Origin: Gammaproteobacteria bacterium
GTDB lineage: Bacteria > Pseudomonadota > Gammaproteobacteria > SZUA-152
Assembly (NCBI GenBank): GCA_011371455.1
Contig: DRQN01000076.1
Location: 1 to 40,546 of the forward strand
DNA length: 40,546 nucleotides
Reading direction: 5' to 3'
The notes beneath the pieces are model-generated. The model saw only the letters and a program-made list of their open reading frames with translations, was not told the DNA's origin and ran no database searches. Positions 9,916 to 19,646 of this stretch are shown here, piece after piece (positions within the stretch are counted from its first letter, which is position 1; each line of letters starts with the position of its first letter). The position numbers and the translations under genes are program-made.

Positions 9916-10767
9916 ATGTCACTTGACAATATCCTTAATCATTGGTCCGACTACCGCAAGGCTGCCGAGGACGGTGGCTTCTACGATCCCGAGGGCAATC
10001 ATCCCTACGAACATCGCTGGACCATGTCCATTGATCTGGATCTCTGTAACGGTTGCAACGCATGTTCCACCGCCTGCTATGCCGAGAACAATCTGGCCTT
10101 TGTCGGCAAGGAGCGTTTCGAGAAGGGCCATGCCATGAACTGGATGCGCATCGAACGTTACTGGGATGACCAGGAAAAGGATTACCCTGAAAGAGGCGCC
10201 AGCTTCCTGCCCATGATGTGCCAGCAGTGCGGTTCGGCCACCTGTGAGCCGGTGTGCCCGGTAGCGGCCACCTACCATACCCCGGACGGTCTCAATGCGC
10301 AGGTCTACAATCGCTGCATCGGTTCCCGTTACTGCTCCAACAACTGCCCGTACCGTGTGCGTTATTTCAATTTTTATTCCTATTACGACGATGCCTGGCC
10401 CGAGCCCATGCAGCAGCAGCTCAATCCGGACATTACGGTGCGTGATAAAGGCGTGATGGAAAAATGCACCTTCTGCGTGCAGCGCATTCGCAGCGCCAAG
10501 GAAAAAGCGAAGATGGAAAACCGTGAAGTGCGTGACGGTGATGTGGTGCCGGCCTGCGCCCAGGCCTGCCCCACCTCGGCCATCGTCTTCGGCGATACCC
10601 TGGATGAGAACAGCGCCATCAGCAAGCTGTGGAAGAAGCATCAGGTCAGGCGCAATGTGACGAAACAGCACAAGGAAAATCCGGAGCTGCGCGGTTACCG
10701 GATTTTCGAGGAACTCAACGTGGACCCCTCCGTGATGTATCTGGAGCGAGTGCGTGAAGAGGTCTAA
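9916..10767 (+). CDS. actB2: ACIII subunit B2, NrfC/PsrB-type iron-sulfur protein
   Basis: CNGCNACSTAC, CQQC...CEPVCP, CIGSRYCSNNCP (missing one Cys, 3Fe-4S type as in ActB) and KCTFC...PACAQACP. Confidence 0.92.
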   Translation: MSLDNILNHWSDYRKAAEDGGFYDPEGNHPYEHRWTMSIDLDLCNGCNACSTACYAENNLAFVGKERFEKGHAMNWMRIERYWDDQEKDYPERGASFLPMMCQQCGSATCEPVCPVAATYHTPDGLNAQVYNRCIGSRYCSNNCPYRVRYFNFYSYYDDAWPEPMQQQLNPDITVRDKGVMEKCTFCVQRIRSAKEKAKMENREVRDGDVVPACAQACPTSAIVFGDTLDENSAISKLWKKHQVRRNVTKQHKENPELRGYRIFEELNVDPSVMYLERVREEV

Positions 10768-10815
10768 CCACTCATCGAGTCGCGAATGTGACGCACAACG
10801 TATGGTGAAACGACA

Positions 10816-12225
10816 ATGATGGTGAATGAAAAAGACATCAACGAACAGATTGCCTGGGCGAAGATCAATACCGACGTCCTGCGCAGTATGGAGAATCCGC
10901 GCAAGAGTTACTGGGTGGCGGTGGCGGTGTGCCTGGCCATGGTCGCCACTGCAGTGCTGGCCGAGTACATCCAGTATACCGTTGGCATGGGGGTCGCCAA
11001 TCTGAATAACCCGCATATGTGGGATATGTACATTGCAACCTTCGTGTTCTGGATTGGCATGAGTCACTCCGGCACGCTGTTGTCGGCGATCCTGCATTTG
11101 CTGCACGCCGATTGGCGCAAACCGATTTATCGCTTCGCCGAGGCGATGACGACCTTCTCGCTGTTGACCGCCGGCCTGTTTCCCATTATCCACCTTGGGC
11201 GCGTATGGAACATGTACTGGGTACTGCCCTATGTCAGTGACCGTGGCATCTGGCCCAATTTCCGTTCGCCGCTGGTGTGGGATGCCTTCGCCATCACTAC
11301 TTATCTTTCTGCCTCCATGCTGTTTCTCTTCATCGGCATGATTCCGGATCTGGCCATTTGCCGCGACAATACCACCGGCTGGCGCAAGAAACTGTACACG
11401 GCGCTGTCGCTGGGCTGGGAAGGCAATGACCGCCAGTGGCGCAATTTCCGCAAGGTCTATCTGTTGATGGCCTGCTTCCTGATTCCGCTGGCGGTATCGG
11501 TGCATTCCATCGTCTCGGCTGACTTTGCCATGTCCATCATGCCGGGCTGGCACATCACCAGCTTCCCGCCCTATTTCGTGGCAGGCGCCTTGTACTCGGG
11601 CTGCGCAGCGATCATCACGCTATTCATCATGCTGCGTTATTTTTTCCGTTTTGAGGAATACATGACCTTGCCGATCATGGAGAAGACCGCCAAGCTGACC
11701 TTTGCCATCGCCATGGTGTGGACCTACCTGAACCTGATCGAATTCGCCTCGGTGTGGTACGGACATGACATGTATAACAAGGAATTGCTGATCGCCAAGG
11801 CCACTGGGCCCTACGCCCCGATCTTCTGGGGTATGCTGTTTTGCGGCTCGGTAGTGCCTTTTGCCCTCGCGTTTCGCAAGTTGCGCCGGCATATGCCGAC
11901 CATGTTCGTGGTCTCCATTTTACTCAACGTGGGCATGTTCTTTGAACGCTGGATGATCGTTGCCCCGACCCTGTCGTTGTCGCACGAGCCGTGGCAGTGG
12001 GACGTGATGTGGGGCAGCATTGTCGAGTGGGCGCTGGTGTTCGGCAGCTTCGGCTGGTTCGGTCTGTTGTTTCTGGTGTTTGTCAAGGTGTTTCCGTCGG
12101 TCTCCATGTACGAAGTCAAGGAAATGGTCTTCCATCGCAACATGACCGCCGGTGAGCGGGATGTGCTGCGCATGACCGACCATGCCAAGCCTGTCAAACA
12201 AACCCCCGGCGTGGAGGGCGCATAA
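10816..12225 (+). CDS. actC: ACIII quinol-oxidising membrane subunit ActC (NrfD/PsrC family)
   Basis: FVFWIGMSHSGTLLSAIL, RFAEAMT, HLGRVW, WPNFRSPLVWD, SVHSIVS and multiple TM helices. Confidence 0.93.
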   Translation: MMVNEKDINEQIAWAKINTDVLRSMENPRKSYWVAVAVCLAMVATAVLAEYIQYTVGMGVANLNNPHMWDMYIATFVFWIGMSHSGTLLSAILHLLHADWRKPIYRFAEAMTTFSLLTAGLFPIIHLGRVWNMYWVLPYVSDRGIWPNFRSPLVWDAFAITTYLSASMLFLFIGMIPDLAICRDNTTGWRKKLYTALSLGWEGNDRQWRNFRKVYLLMACFLIPLAVSVHSIVSADFAMSIMPGWHITSFPPYFVAGALYSGCAAIITLFIMLRYFFRFEEYMTLPIMEKTAKLTFAIAMVWTYLNLIEFASVWYGHDMYNKELLIAKATGPYAPIFWGMLFCGSVVPFALAFRKLRRHMPTMFVVSILLNVGMFFERWMIVAPTLSLSHEPWQWDVMWGSIVEWALVFGSFGWFGLLFLVFVKVFPSVSMYEVKEMVFHRNMTAGERDVLRMTDHAKPVKQTPGVEGA

Positions 12226-12753
12226 ATGAGTAAACGACGCATACTTGCCTTGTTTGGTGATTTCGCCGAGGCCCATGACGCGATTGCCGATATTCGTCGC
12301 AATGAGGTGCCTGGCGTGACGGTGGATGACATCACCATGAAATCGCCCATCGAGCATCCCGAGGTGGAAGAAGTGCTGGGCGATCGCCCGGTACACATCC
12401 AGAAATTCACCCTGTTGGGCGCCGTTTTTGGCCTGGTGTTCGGCTTCCTGTTTCTCGCCAGCGCCCAGGCCACCTTCCTGGTGCAGCCGCAGGGTGGCAA
12501 GGCGGTGATTCCGTTGCCGGCGAACTTCGTGCTGGTGTACGAAATGATCATCTTCTTTGCCGTCTGGATGACCTTTTTGTCATTCCTGTTTCTGTCCGGG
12601 TTGTTCAAGAAGCGCAGCCGCCTCTACAGTGAAAAGGTCAGCCTTGACCAGGTCGGCCTGATGCTGGAAATCGACGAAGACATTGCCGAGCCGCTGCGGG
12701 ATCTGTTCAAGAAGCACAAGGTGCTGGAGATTCGAGAAGAGGTCATGCAATGA
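12226..12753 (+). CDS. actD: ACIII subunit ActD (DUF3341-like)
   Basis: Two TM helices, GGKAVIPLPANFVLVYEMIIF and position between actC and actE. Confidence 0.85.
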   Translation: MSKRRILALFGDFAEAHDAIADIRRNEVPGVTVDDITMKSPIEHPEVEEVLGDRPVHIQKFTLLGAVFGLVFGFLFLASAQATFLVQPQGGKAVIPLPANFVLVYEMIIFFAVWMTFLSFLFLSGLFKKRSRLYSEKVSLDQVGLMLEIDEDIAEPLRDLFKKHKVLEIREEVMQ

Positions 12754-13286
12754 GAAAAACCAGTGTAGTCGTTGCCGCCCTGATGGTGCCGAGTGTCGTC
12801 ATGGCCTGGCCGTGGTCGACGGATATGATGAATCAGCCCAGCATCAAGCCGCAGGAGGGCGTGATGACGCCCTTCCCGAGCCGCTCGGTGCCTGTGACGG
12901 GTGTTCCCACCCAGGCGGCGAATCGTGAAGAGACGCGCGACATGATCAATCCGGTTGCCGCTTCCGCGGCATCTATCCAGCAGGGGCGTAACCTGTACCA
13001 GATCTATTGCTCGGTCTGTCATGGCCGGGTGGGCAAGGCGGATTCGCCGATCAGTTCCAAGGTTGGCGCCATCGATCTGACCGATGCCTATGTGCAGAAT
13101 GACCTTTCCGAAGGTTGGCTGTGGGGGACGATCACCTTTGGCAGTTATGTGATGCCATCCTATGGCGTGGTGACCGAGCAGGGCGGTTCCAACGACCTGT
13201 CGGTCGAAGAGCGCTGGCACGTGGTCAACTATATCAGGCACGCATTGGTGGACGACGCAGCGGCCGCTGCTGTCGCTGCCAAGTAA
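12750..13286 (+). CDS. actE: ACIII monoheme cytochrome c ActE
   Basis: DMMNQPSIKPQE, a single CSVCH, MPSYG and ERWHVVNYIR. Confidence 0.88.
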   Translation: MRKTSVVVAALMVPSVVMAWPWSTDMMNQPSIKPQEGVMTPFPSRSVPVTGVPTQAANREETRDMINPVAASAASIQQGRNLYQIYCSVCHGRVGKADSPISSKVGAIDLTDAYVQNDLSEGWLWGTITFGSYVMPSYGVVTEQGGSNDLSVEERWHVVNYIRHALVDDAAAAAVAAK

Positions 13287-13328
13287 CGCGCGGAACCAAC
13301 AGCCGGATAACGATAGGGGTAACGGTTC

Positions 13329-14363
13329 ATGGAAAATTTCGGAAGCTGGTCTGTATTGACCACCAATTTTTTGGTTGTTCTTTATTTGGCATTGGCGGGC
13401 GTGACTTTTGCCTCCATCCTTCATCTGGCTAACGGTAAGTGGCGCTTCCAGGTGCGCTACTATGCGGTGTCACTGGCGGCGCTGTTCCCGCTGGCCTTTG
13501 TGTTATTGCTGGTGCTGCTGGGTGGTGGAGAACACACTTTCCCCTGGCTGGCCCAGGCCCATGACGATGGTGTCCACCTGGGCGGATGGCTGGATTACCC
13601 GTTCCTGGTGGTGCGCGAGATCCTCGGCTTTGTCGTCGTCGCCGTGTTGTTCGGCCTGTTCATCAAGTATCAGCATCTGACATCCGTTAGTGACGACCCG
13701 GCAGTGCATCGCCGCTTTCGCAATATCGCTCTGCTGATTCCTTTTGCCTATGTACTGTATGGCACCATGGTGGCCTGGGATTTCGAGATGACCCTGTTGC
13801 CCGGCTGGCACAGTGCAAGCTTTGGTGTCTACCAGTTTGTCAGCATGTTCCAGGGCTTTCTCGCCTTCTTCGTCTTGATGCTGATCGTGCTCAAGCGGTC
13901 CGGCAAGCTGACCAGCGACTACAAACCTTTTGTATTCAACTACATGGCTCAGCTGATCCTGGCTTTCACCATCCTGTGGGCGTATTTCTATTTCACCCAG
14001 TATCTGATCATGTGGTACGGCCGCCTGCCGGAGGAGATGGATCGTTTCGACAATATGATGTTCTACGGGCTGGCGCCCATCTGGTGGCTGTTCCTGGTGT
14101 TAAAGGCCTTCATACCTTTCCTCACCCTCGCTACCTGGACGCCGAACCGGCATAATCCGGCGGTGATCGGTTTTGTTGCGGTGTGCATCATTGTCGGTAC
14201 CTGGCTGGAGCGCTACACCTGGATCGCCGGCTCGGTTTCGCCCGAGTATTACCATATTCCCATGAGCTCGATTTTCGATATCGTGGTGACCCTGGTGATC
14301 TTCGCGGTGGGTTGGTTCTCGGTGAAGAAGGCGCTCAACCACTATGGATTGACGCGTGCCTGA
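13329..14363 (+). CDS. actF: ACIII membrane subunit ActF
   Basis: Polytopic NrfD-like protein with WDFEMTLLPGWHSASFG and LWAYFYFTQYLIMWYGRLPEE. Confidence 0.87.
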   Translation: MENFGSWSVLTTNFLVVLYLALAGVTFASILHLANGKWRFQVRYYAVSLAALFPLAFVLLLVLLGGGEHTFPWLAQAHDDGVHLGGWLDYPFLVVREILGFVVVAVLFGLFIKYQHLTSVSDDPAVHRRFRNIALLIPFAYVLYGTMVAWDFEMTLLPGWHSASFGVYQFVSMFQGFLAFFVLMLIVLKRSGKLTSDYKPFVFNYMAQLILAFTILWAYFYFTQYLIMWYGRLPEEMDRFDNMMFYGLAPIWWLFLVLKAFIPFLTLATWTPNRHNPAVIGFVAVCIIVGTWLERYTWIAGSVSPEYYHIPMSSIFDIVVTLVIFAVGWFSVKKALNHYGLTRA

Positions 14364-14382
14364 GATGGCGTAACTGGCAATT

Positions 14383-14428
14383 GCACGCACAAAAAAGCCC
14401 CCTTTTCAGGGGGCTTTTTTGTGCGTGC
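14383..14428. terminator. Bidirectional Rho-independent terminator after the act operon
   Basis: Perfect 21-bp arms: GCACGCACAAAAAAGCCCCCT-tttc-AGGGGGCTTTTTTGTGCGTGC. Confidence 0.92.
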
Positions 14429-14617
14429 GCATTCAGCTTTCGCTCAGGTTTGTGTCAGTAGGATGCAAAATGCGTAGTTCTGCGCCATGATTAGCTTATA
14501 ATAATATTAATGTTTGCTATGCGAAATCCCGAGCATTTTGTTATGCTCCGGTGCCACCCGGTTATTTTTGGGCTAACATGTCGCGCGAATATACCCTGTT
14601 ACCAAGAAGAGGTAGAG

Positions 14618-15214
14618 ATGAGTTCGGATGAAATCGACTACGGTCGGCGTCGCATGCTTGTGGCTGCGACGACGGCCATGGGGGGAGTCGGTGCAGCTTA
14701 TGTTGCTACTCCATTTATTCTTTCCATGCATCCTTCGGCCAAGGCCCAGGCTGCCGGCGCGCCTGTCGAGGTGGATGTCAGCAAGCTCGAGCCCGGCCAG
14801 CTACTGACCGTGGAGTGGCGCGGAAAACCCGTGTGGATTCTGCGCCGCGATGAGGAGATGCTGAGAAACATGAAGAGTCTGGAGCCGCTTTTGCGTGATC
14901 CGCATTCGGACGAACTGACTCAGCAGCCGGCCTATGCGAAGAATGAATACCGCTCCATCAACCCCGAGTACATGGTGATGATCGGTATTTGTACGCATCT
15001 GGGGTGTGCGCCGACTTTCCGTCCCGAAGTGGCCCCTGAAGACCTTGGCCCGGACTGGAAAGGCGGCTTTTTCTGCCCCTGTCACGGTTCGAGTTATGAC
15101 CTTGCCGGCCGCGTCTACGCGGGTATGCCGGCGCCGACGAACCTTGTTGTCCCCCCTTACCACTTCACTCTGAGCACCCGTTTGGTGATCGGTGTCGATC
15201 CGGAGGCCGCGTAA
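14618..15214 (+). CDS. petA: Cytochrome bc1 Rieske iron-sulfur subunit
   Basis: Tat-like GRRRML, CTHLGC and CPCHGS; AGAGG RBS before ATG14618. Confidence 0.98.
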   Translation: MSSDEIDYGRRRMLVAATTAMGGVGAAYVATPFILSMHPSAKAQAAGAPVEVDVSKLEPGQLLTVEWRGKPVWILRRDEEMLRNMKSLEPLLRDPHSDELTQQPAYAKNEYRSINPEYMVMIGICTHLGCAPTFRPEVAPEDLGPDWKGGFFCPCHGSSYDLAGRVYAGMPAPTNLVVPPYHFTLSTRLVIGVDPEAA

Positions 15215-16452
15215 TGTCCAAGCGTTTATCAGACCGCATGTTGTCCCTGCGCGACTGGGTGGATGCCCGCTTCCCCCTGATGCATTTGTGGGAAGATCAT
15301 CTGACCAAGTACTATGCGCCGAAAAACCTCAATTTCTGGTACTACTTTGGCTCTCTGGCCATTCTGGTACTGGTCATTCAGGTCGTTACCGGCATCTTCC
15401 TGACCATGAACTACAAGCCCACCGCGGAGACGGCCTTTGCCTCCGTGGAATACATCATGCGCGATGTGAACTGGGGCTGGCTGATTCGTTACCTGCATTC
15501 CACCGGCGCCTCGTTCTTCTTCATCGTTGTTTACCTGCACATGTTCCGCAGCCTGCTGTATGGCTCTTACCGGGGGCCGCGTGAATTGTTGTGGGTGATC
15601 GGCATGGCCCTGTTCGTGGTGCTCATGGCCGAGGCCTTCATGGGCTATCTGTTGCCCTGGGGGCAGATGTCCTTCTGGGGTGCGCAGGTCATTATTTCCC
15701 TGTTTGGCGCCATTCCCTACATCGGTGAAGACCTGGCGCTGTGGATTCGCGGTGACTACGTGGTCGCCGACGCGACCCTCAACCGCTTTTTCGCCTTCCA
15801 TGTGATTGCCGCGCCGCTGGTGCTGATCGGCCTGGTGGTGCTGCACATCGTTGCCCTTCATTCGGTGGGTTCCAATAATCCCGACGGTATCGAGATCAAG
15901 GAGAAGAAGGGTCCCGACGGGGTGCCGCTGGACGGTATTCCCTTCCACCCTTACTACACCGTCAAGGACATGGTGGGTGTGGCCGGTTTCCTCATCGTCT
16001 TTGCGGCGGTGGTGTTTTACGCCCCGGAAATGGGCGGTTTCTTCCTTGAGAAGGACAATTTCACGCCGGCGGATCCGCTGAAGACCCCCGAGCACATCGC
16101 CCCGGTCTGGTATTTCACGCCTTTCTACGCGATTTTGCGCGCGGTGCCGGACAAGTTCATCGGCGTACTCGCCATGGGCGCGGCCATTTTCGTGTTGTTC
16201 TTGCTGCCCTGGCTGGATCGCAGTCCGGTGAAGTCCATTCGTCAGCGTGGCACGCTTTTCAAGGTGATCCTGGCCATCTTCGTGGTGAGCTTCATCAGTC
16301 TGGCCTATCTGGGCACTGTGCCCGCAACGCCGATCGCGACGCTGTTCTCGCGCATCTTTACCGTGTTGTACTTTGCCTTTTTCCTGCTCATGCCGTTTTA
16401 TTCCCGGTGGGATAAGACCAAGCCGGCTCCAGAGAGGGTGACATTCAAGTGA
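15214..16452 (+). CDS. petB: Cytochrome b
   Basis: YIMRDVNWGWLIRYLHSTGAS, LPWGQMSFWGA and the PVWY Qo motif. Confidence 0.99.
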   Translation: MSKRLSDRMLSLRDWVDARFPLMHLWEDHLTKYYAPKNLNFWYYFGSLAILVLVIQVVTGIFLTMNYKPTAETAFASVEYIMRDVNWGWLIRYLHSTGASFFFIVVYLHMFRSLLYGSYRGPRELLWVIGMALFVVLMAEAFMGYLLPWGQMSFWGAQVIISLFGAIPYIGEDLALWIRGDYVVADATLNRFFAFHVIAAPLVLIGLVVLHIVALHSVGSNNPDGIEIKEKKGPDGVPLDGIPFHPYYTVKDMVGVAGFLIVFAAVVFYAPEMGGFFLEKDNFTPADPLKTPEHIAPVWYFTPFYAILRAVPDKFIGVLAMGAAIFVLFLLPWLDRSPVKSIRQRGTLFKVILAIFVVSFISLAYLGTVPATPIATLFSRIFTVLYFAFFLLMPFYSRWDKTKPAPERVTFK

Positions 16453-17192
16453 GATATCTAATTTTTGTTATTGCATTATTGGGGTTGCCGCAGGCGGGGC
16501 TTGCGGCCGGTGGTAGCAATGTGCCGCTCGACAAGGTGGATATCGACCTCAAGGACCGGGAATCACTGCGCAACGGCGCCAAGCTGTTCGTGGACTATTG
16601 CCTGAACTGCCATGCCGCGGCGCTGATGCGCTACAGCCGTATCGGCCAGGATCTCGGTATGACGGATGAGGAGGTGACCACCGAGCTGCTGACGGCCGGT
16701 GGCAAGATCGGCGATACCATGACCATCGTGATGCAGCCGAAGGAAGCCGCCGAATGGTTCGGTACCGCACCGCCGGATCTGTCCGTGCTGGCGCGCGTGC
16801 GTGGTGCGGATTGGCTCTATACCTATCTGCGCGGCTTTTATCGTGATGATTCACGCCCCTGGGGCGTGAATAACTCGGTATTCAAGGACGTGGCCATGCC
16901 GCATGCGCTGTGGGAATTGCAGGGCCTGCAGGAGGCCAAGTTTGAGACACATGTCGATGCCGATGGTCATGAACGCGAGACCATTACCGGCTTCACGCTG
17001 GTCGAGCCGGGCTCCATGACCCCCGAGGCCTATGATGCCGCCATGCGTGATTTGGTGAATTTCATGGTCTATCTCAGCGAACCCAGCAAGTTGCAGCGCC
17101 TGGAGCTGGGCAAGTGGGTACTGGCGTTCCTGTTCGTGTTCTTCATTCTGGCCTATATGCTGAAGAAGGAATTCTGGAAAGATATTCGCTGA
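16449..17192 (+). CDS. petC: Cytochrome c1
   Basis: Signal peptide, CLNCH, PPDLS, AMPHAL and a C-terminal TM ending KKEFWKDIR. Confidence 0.97.
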   Translation: MRYLIFVIALLGLPQAGLAAGGSNVPLDKVDIDLKDRESLRNGAKLFVDYCLNCHAAALMRYSRIGQDLGMTDEEVTTELLTAGGKIGDTMTIVMQPKEAAEWFGTAPPDLSVLARVRGADWLYTYLRGFYRDDSRPWGVNNSVFKDVAMPHALWELQGLQEAKFETHVDADGHERETITGFTLVEPGSMTPEAYDAAMRDLVNFMVYLSEPSKLQRLELGKWVLAFLFVFFILAYMLKKEFWKDIR

Positions 17193-17205
17193 TTCAGCCA
17201 TCTTG

Positions 17206-17245
17206 ACTCACCGGCCCCTTCGCGGGCCGGTGAGTGCTTTCTTTG
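17206..17245 (+). terminator. Probable terminator after petC
   Basis: ACTCACCGGCCC-cttcgc-GGGCCGGTGAGT followed by gctttcttt. Confidence 0.7.
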
Positions 17246-17433
17246 GTTGCCGGCTTCCGGCCGGTATCTCCTTTCTTTTCAATGTGTTATGCCTGTTTCC
17301 GTAAGATTTCCCGGATTTCGGGTATAATTCCCCCTTCCATTTGGTTGATTGTTTCCAGTGCCTGGGCGCATGGCCTTTACTTCTGGTTATGCGGCGAGGC
17401 GGGTGTAATGTGCAGTGCAGGGAGAAAACAGTA

Positions 17434-18060
17434 ATGGCAGTTGTGGCCAATAGAAAATCGGTGATGTCACTTTTTACCGGCGCATCGGATGTTCACAGTC
17501 ATCGCGTGCGCATCGTGCTCGCGGAAAAGGGTATCAACTTCGATTCGGTCGATGTCGATTCTGCCAGCCCCCCCGAGGATCTCATGGAGCTGAATCCCTA
17601 CGGCACCGTGCCTACCCTGGTCGACCGCGACCTGGTGTTGTACGACTCGCAGGTGATCATGGAATACCTGGACGAACGTTTCCCGCACCCGCCCTTGATG
17701 CCGGTCGACCCGGTGTCCCGCGCCCAGAGCCGCATGACCCTGCGCCGCATCCAGCGCGACTGGGACAGCCTGCTGGACAAGGTTGTCGGCAGCGGCAAGG
17801 AGCGAACCAAGGCCGTCAAGGAATTGCGGGAGAGCATGACCGTGGTCGCCCCCATCTTCGAGCAAAAACCCTATTTCCTCAGCGATGAGCTGTCGTTGCT
17901 GGACTGCGCGGTGGCGCCGATCCTGTGGCGCCTGCCCGAGTACGGCATCGAGCTGCCGCCGGCCGCCAAGCCGATGCTGGACTATGCTCAGCGCCTGTTC
18001 GAGATGGAATCCTTCCAGGCCAGCCTGAGCGAAAGCGAGCGGGAAATCCGCGAAGGCTGA
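17434..18060 (+). CDS. sspA: Stringent starvation protein A (GST fold)
   Basis: [40 protein letters not shown] and [16 protein letters not shown]. Confidence 0.97.
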   Translation: MAVVANRKSVMSLFTGASDVHSHRVRIVLAEKGINFDSVDVDSASPPEDLMELNPYGTVPTLVDRDLVLYDSQVIMEYLDERFPHPPLMPVDPVSRAQSRMTLRRIQRDWDSLLDKVVGSGKERTKAVKELRESMTVVAPIFEQKPYFLSDELSLLDCAVAPILWRLPEYGIELPPAAKPMLDYAQRLFEMESFQASLSESEREIREG

Positions 18061-18086
18061 GCCGGCATTTCTACGGGTATATCTCT

Positions 18087-18497
18087 ATGTCGGAAATGAC
18101 ATCCAGCAGGCCCTATCTCCTGCGCGCCATCTATGAATGGATCGTCGACAACGGTCTGACGCCCTACCTGCTGGTCAATGCCGACTATCCGGATGTGCAG
18201 ATTCCCGTCGAGCACGTCAACAATGGCAAGATCATTCTCAACGTGGCGCCGGAGGCGGTGCAGTCGCTCGACCTGGGAGCCACGGACGTGAGCTTCAATG
18301 CCCGCTTTGGCGGCCGGCCGATGAATCTGTTCTTTCCCGTGGCCGCCGTGCTGGCCATCTATGCGCGCGAAAACGGTCGCGGCATGGTCTTCAGTGACAG
18401 CGACGATAACCCTCCGCCCAGCCCGCCGGAACCGCCGAAGGGTGGCAAGGCCGAAAAGGCCAAGCCCGCCCAGCCGACCCTGCGGGTGGTGAAGTAG
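18087..18497 (+). CDS. sspB: ClpXP adaptor SspB
   Basis: [19 protein letters not shown] and a C-terminal ClpX-binding PTLRVVK. Confidence 0.97.
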   Translation: MSEMTSSRPYLLRAIYEWIVDNGLTPYLLVNADYPDVQIPVEHVNNGKIILNVAPEAVQSLDLGATDVSFNARFGGRPMNLFFPVAAVLAIYARENGRGMVFSDSDDNPPPSPPEPPKGGKAEKAKPAQPTLRVVK

Positions 18498-18511
18498 GGC
18501 AGGCCGGCGGC

Positions 18512-19006
18512 GTGATCGAAGTCGTCCGGGCCGATATCACCTGCCTGGCGGTCGATGCCATCGTCAACGCCGCCAACGAGGCCCTGCTGGGTGGCGGCGG
18601 TGTCGATGGTGCCATCCATCGGGCGGCGGGGCCGGAGTTGCTGGCCGCCTGTCGGTCCCTGGGTGGTTGCCCCACCGGCGAGGCGCGGATAACCCCCGGC
18701 TTTCGTCTGCCGGCCCGCTGGGTGATCCATACCGTCGGCCCCGTGTGGCATGGCGGCACCCGCCATGAGGCCGAGCGGCTCGCCGCCTGTTACCGAAACA
18801 GTTTCGAGCTGGCCCTGCCGCACGGGCTGCGCAGCATCGCCTTCCCCGCCATCAGCACCGGGGTCTATGGCTATCCCAAGCACGAGGCGGCAGCCATCGC
18901 TACGGCTGCGATGCGTGAGTACGCACCACGTTTTGCGCGCATTATCGCCTGTTGTCATAGCGCGGAAGACCTACGGATCTATCGTGAATTGCTGGCCGCC
19001 GATTGA
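18512..19006 (+). CDS. Macrodomain protein (YmdB-like O-acetyl-ADP-ribose deacetylase / ADP-ribosylhydrolase)
   Basis: DIT...[27 protein letters not shown] and [14 protein letters not shown]. Confidence 0.95.
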   Translation: MIEVVRADITCLAVDAIVNAANEALLGGGGVDGAIHRAAGPELLAACRSLGGCPTGEARITPGFRLPARWVIHTVGPVWHGGTRHEAERLAACYRNSFELALPHGLRSIAFPAISTGVYGYPKHEAAAIATAAMREYAPRFARIIACCHSAEDLRIYRELLAAD

Positions 19007-19587
19007 GATGGCGCTTTGCGCGCGGGCAACAGCAGCGCCAACAATCCACCCAGGGCGCCGTAGAGATGTGCATCCACGATCACCGTGCCACCGGCGCCGG
19101 CCTCCGAGCCGGGCAGCGGTCCCGCCAGCTGTTCCCAGCCCAGCTTGAAGGCCAGCGCACCCAGCAGCAGCCAGGCACTGCGATGGCCGGTGCGGATATC
19201 GGCGATGGCACCGGCCACCAGCAGGCCGTGCAGAACGCCGGACAGGCCCACATACCAGCTCAGCTGGGGATTGAAGATCAGTAATGCCAGGCCCGTTATC
19301 AGGGCGTCGGCGAACAGCAGGATCAGCCAGCTGCGCGTCGACAGGGCGGGGCCGACCAGTAGCCAGATCAGCCACAGCCCGGCCAGATTCATCAGCAGGT
19401 GGGAGGGGCCGAGGTGCAGGAGGTGGGCGCTGAGCAGGCGCCACCACTGGCCGTCCTGAATAGCGGTGCGGTCGTAGCGCAGGGCCTCCTGCGCGGCATC
19501 GCCGAACAGGCCCAGGCCAATGATGAGCGCCGACAGGATCAGCGGGATCTGCAATCGATGCAACCAGTGTCGGCAGGGTGATGTCAT
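18979..19587 (-). CDS. Rhombosortase (rhomboid protease, GlyGly-CTERM-processing subfamily)
   Basis: [23 protein letters not shown]...HLLMN, catalytic [10 protein letters not shown] and DAHLYG. Confidence 0.88.
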   Translation of the reverse strand: MTSPCRHWLHRLQIPLILSALIIGLGLFGDAAQEALRYDRTAIQDGQWWRLLSAHLLHLGPSHLLMNLAGLWLIWLLVGPALSTRSWLILLFADALITGLALLIFNPQLSWYVGLSGVLHGLLVAGAIADIRTGHRSAWLLLGALAFKLGWEQLAGPLPGSEAGAGGTVIVDAHLYGALGGLLALLLPARKAPSQSAASNSR

Positions 19588-19646
19588 ACTTGTCGTTGGA
19601 TAGGCGGTGGGCCGCGAAACCTGATCGAGTCCGAAGCCTGGACTTT

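Noticed and set aside
7700-12225. Calling the cluster a polysulfide/tetrathionate reductase or Qrc
   Set aside because: The ActD-, ActE- and ActF-like genes and the pentaheme ActA indicate ACIII.
14510-14617. N-terminal extensions in the ORF track for petA (also actA, sspA, sspB, gspG, gspJ, icd, bpt, aat)
   Set aside because: Downstream starts fit the family N-termini better and in most cases have a clearer RBS or gene overlap.
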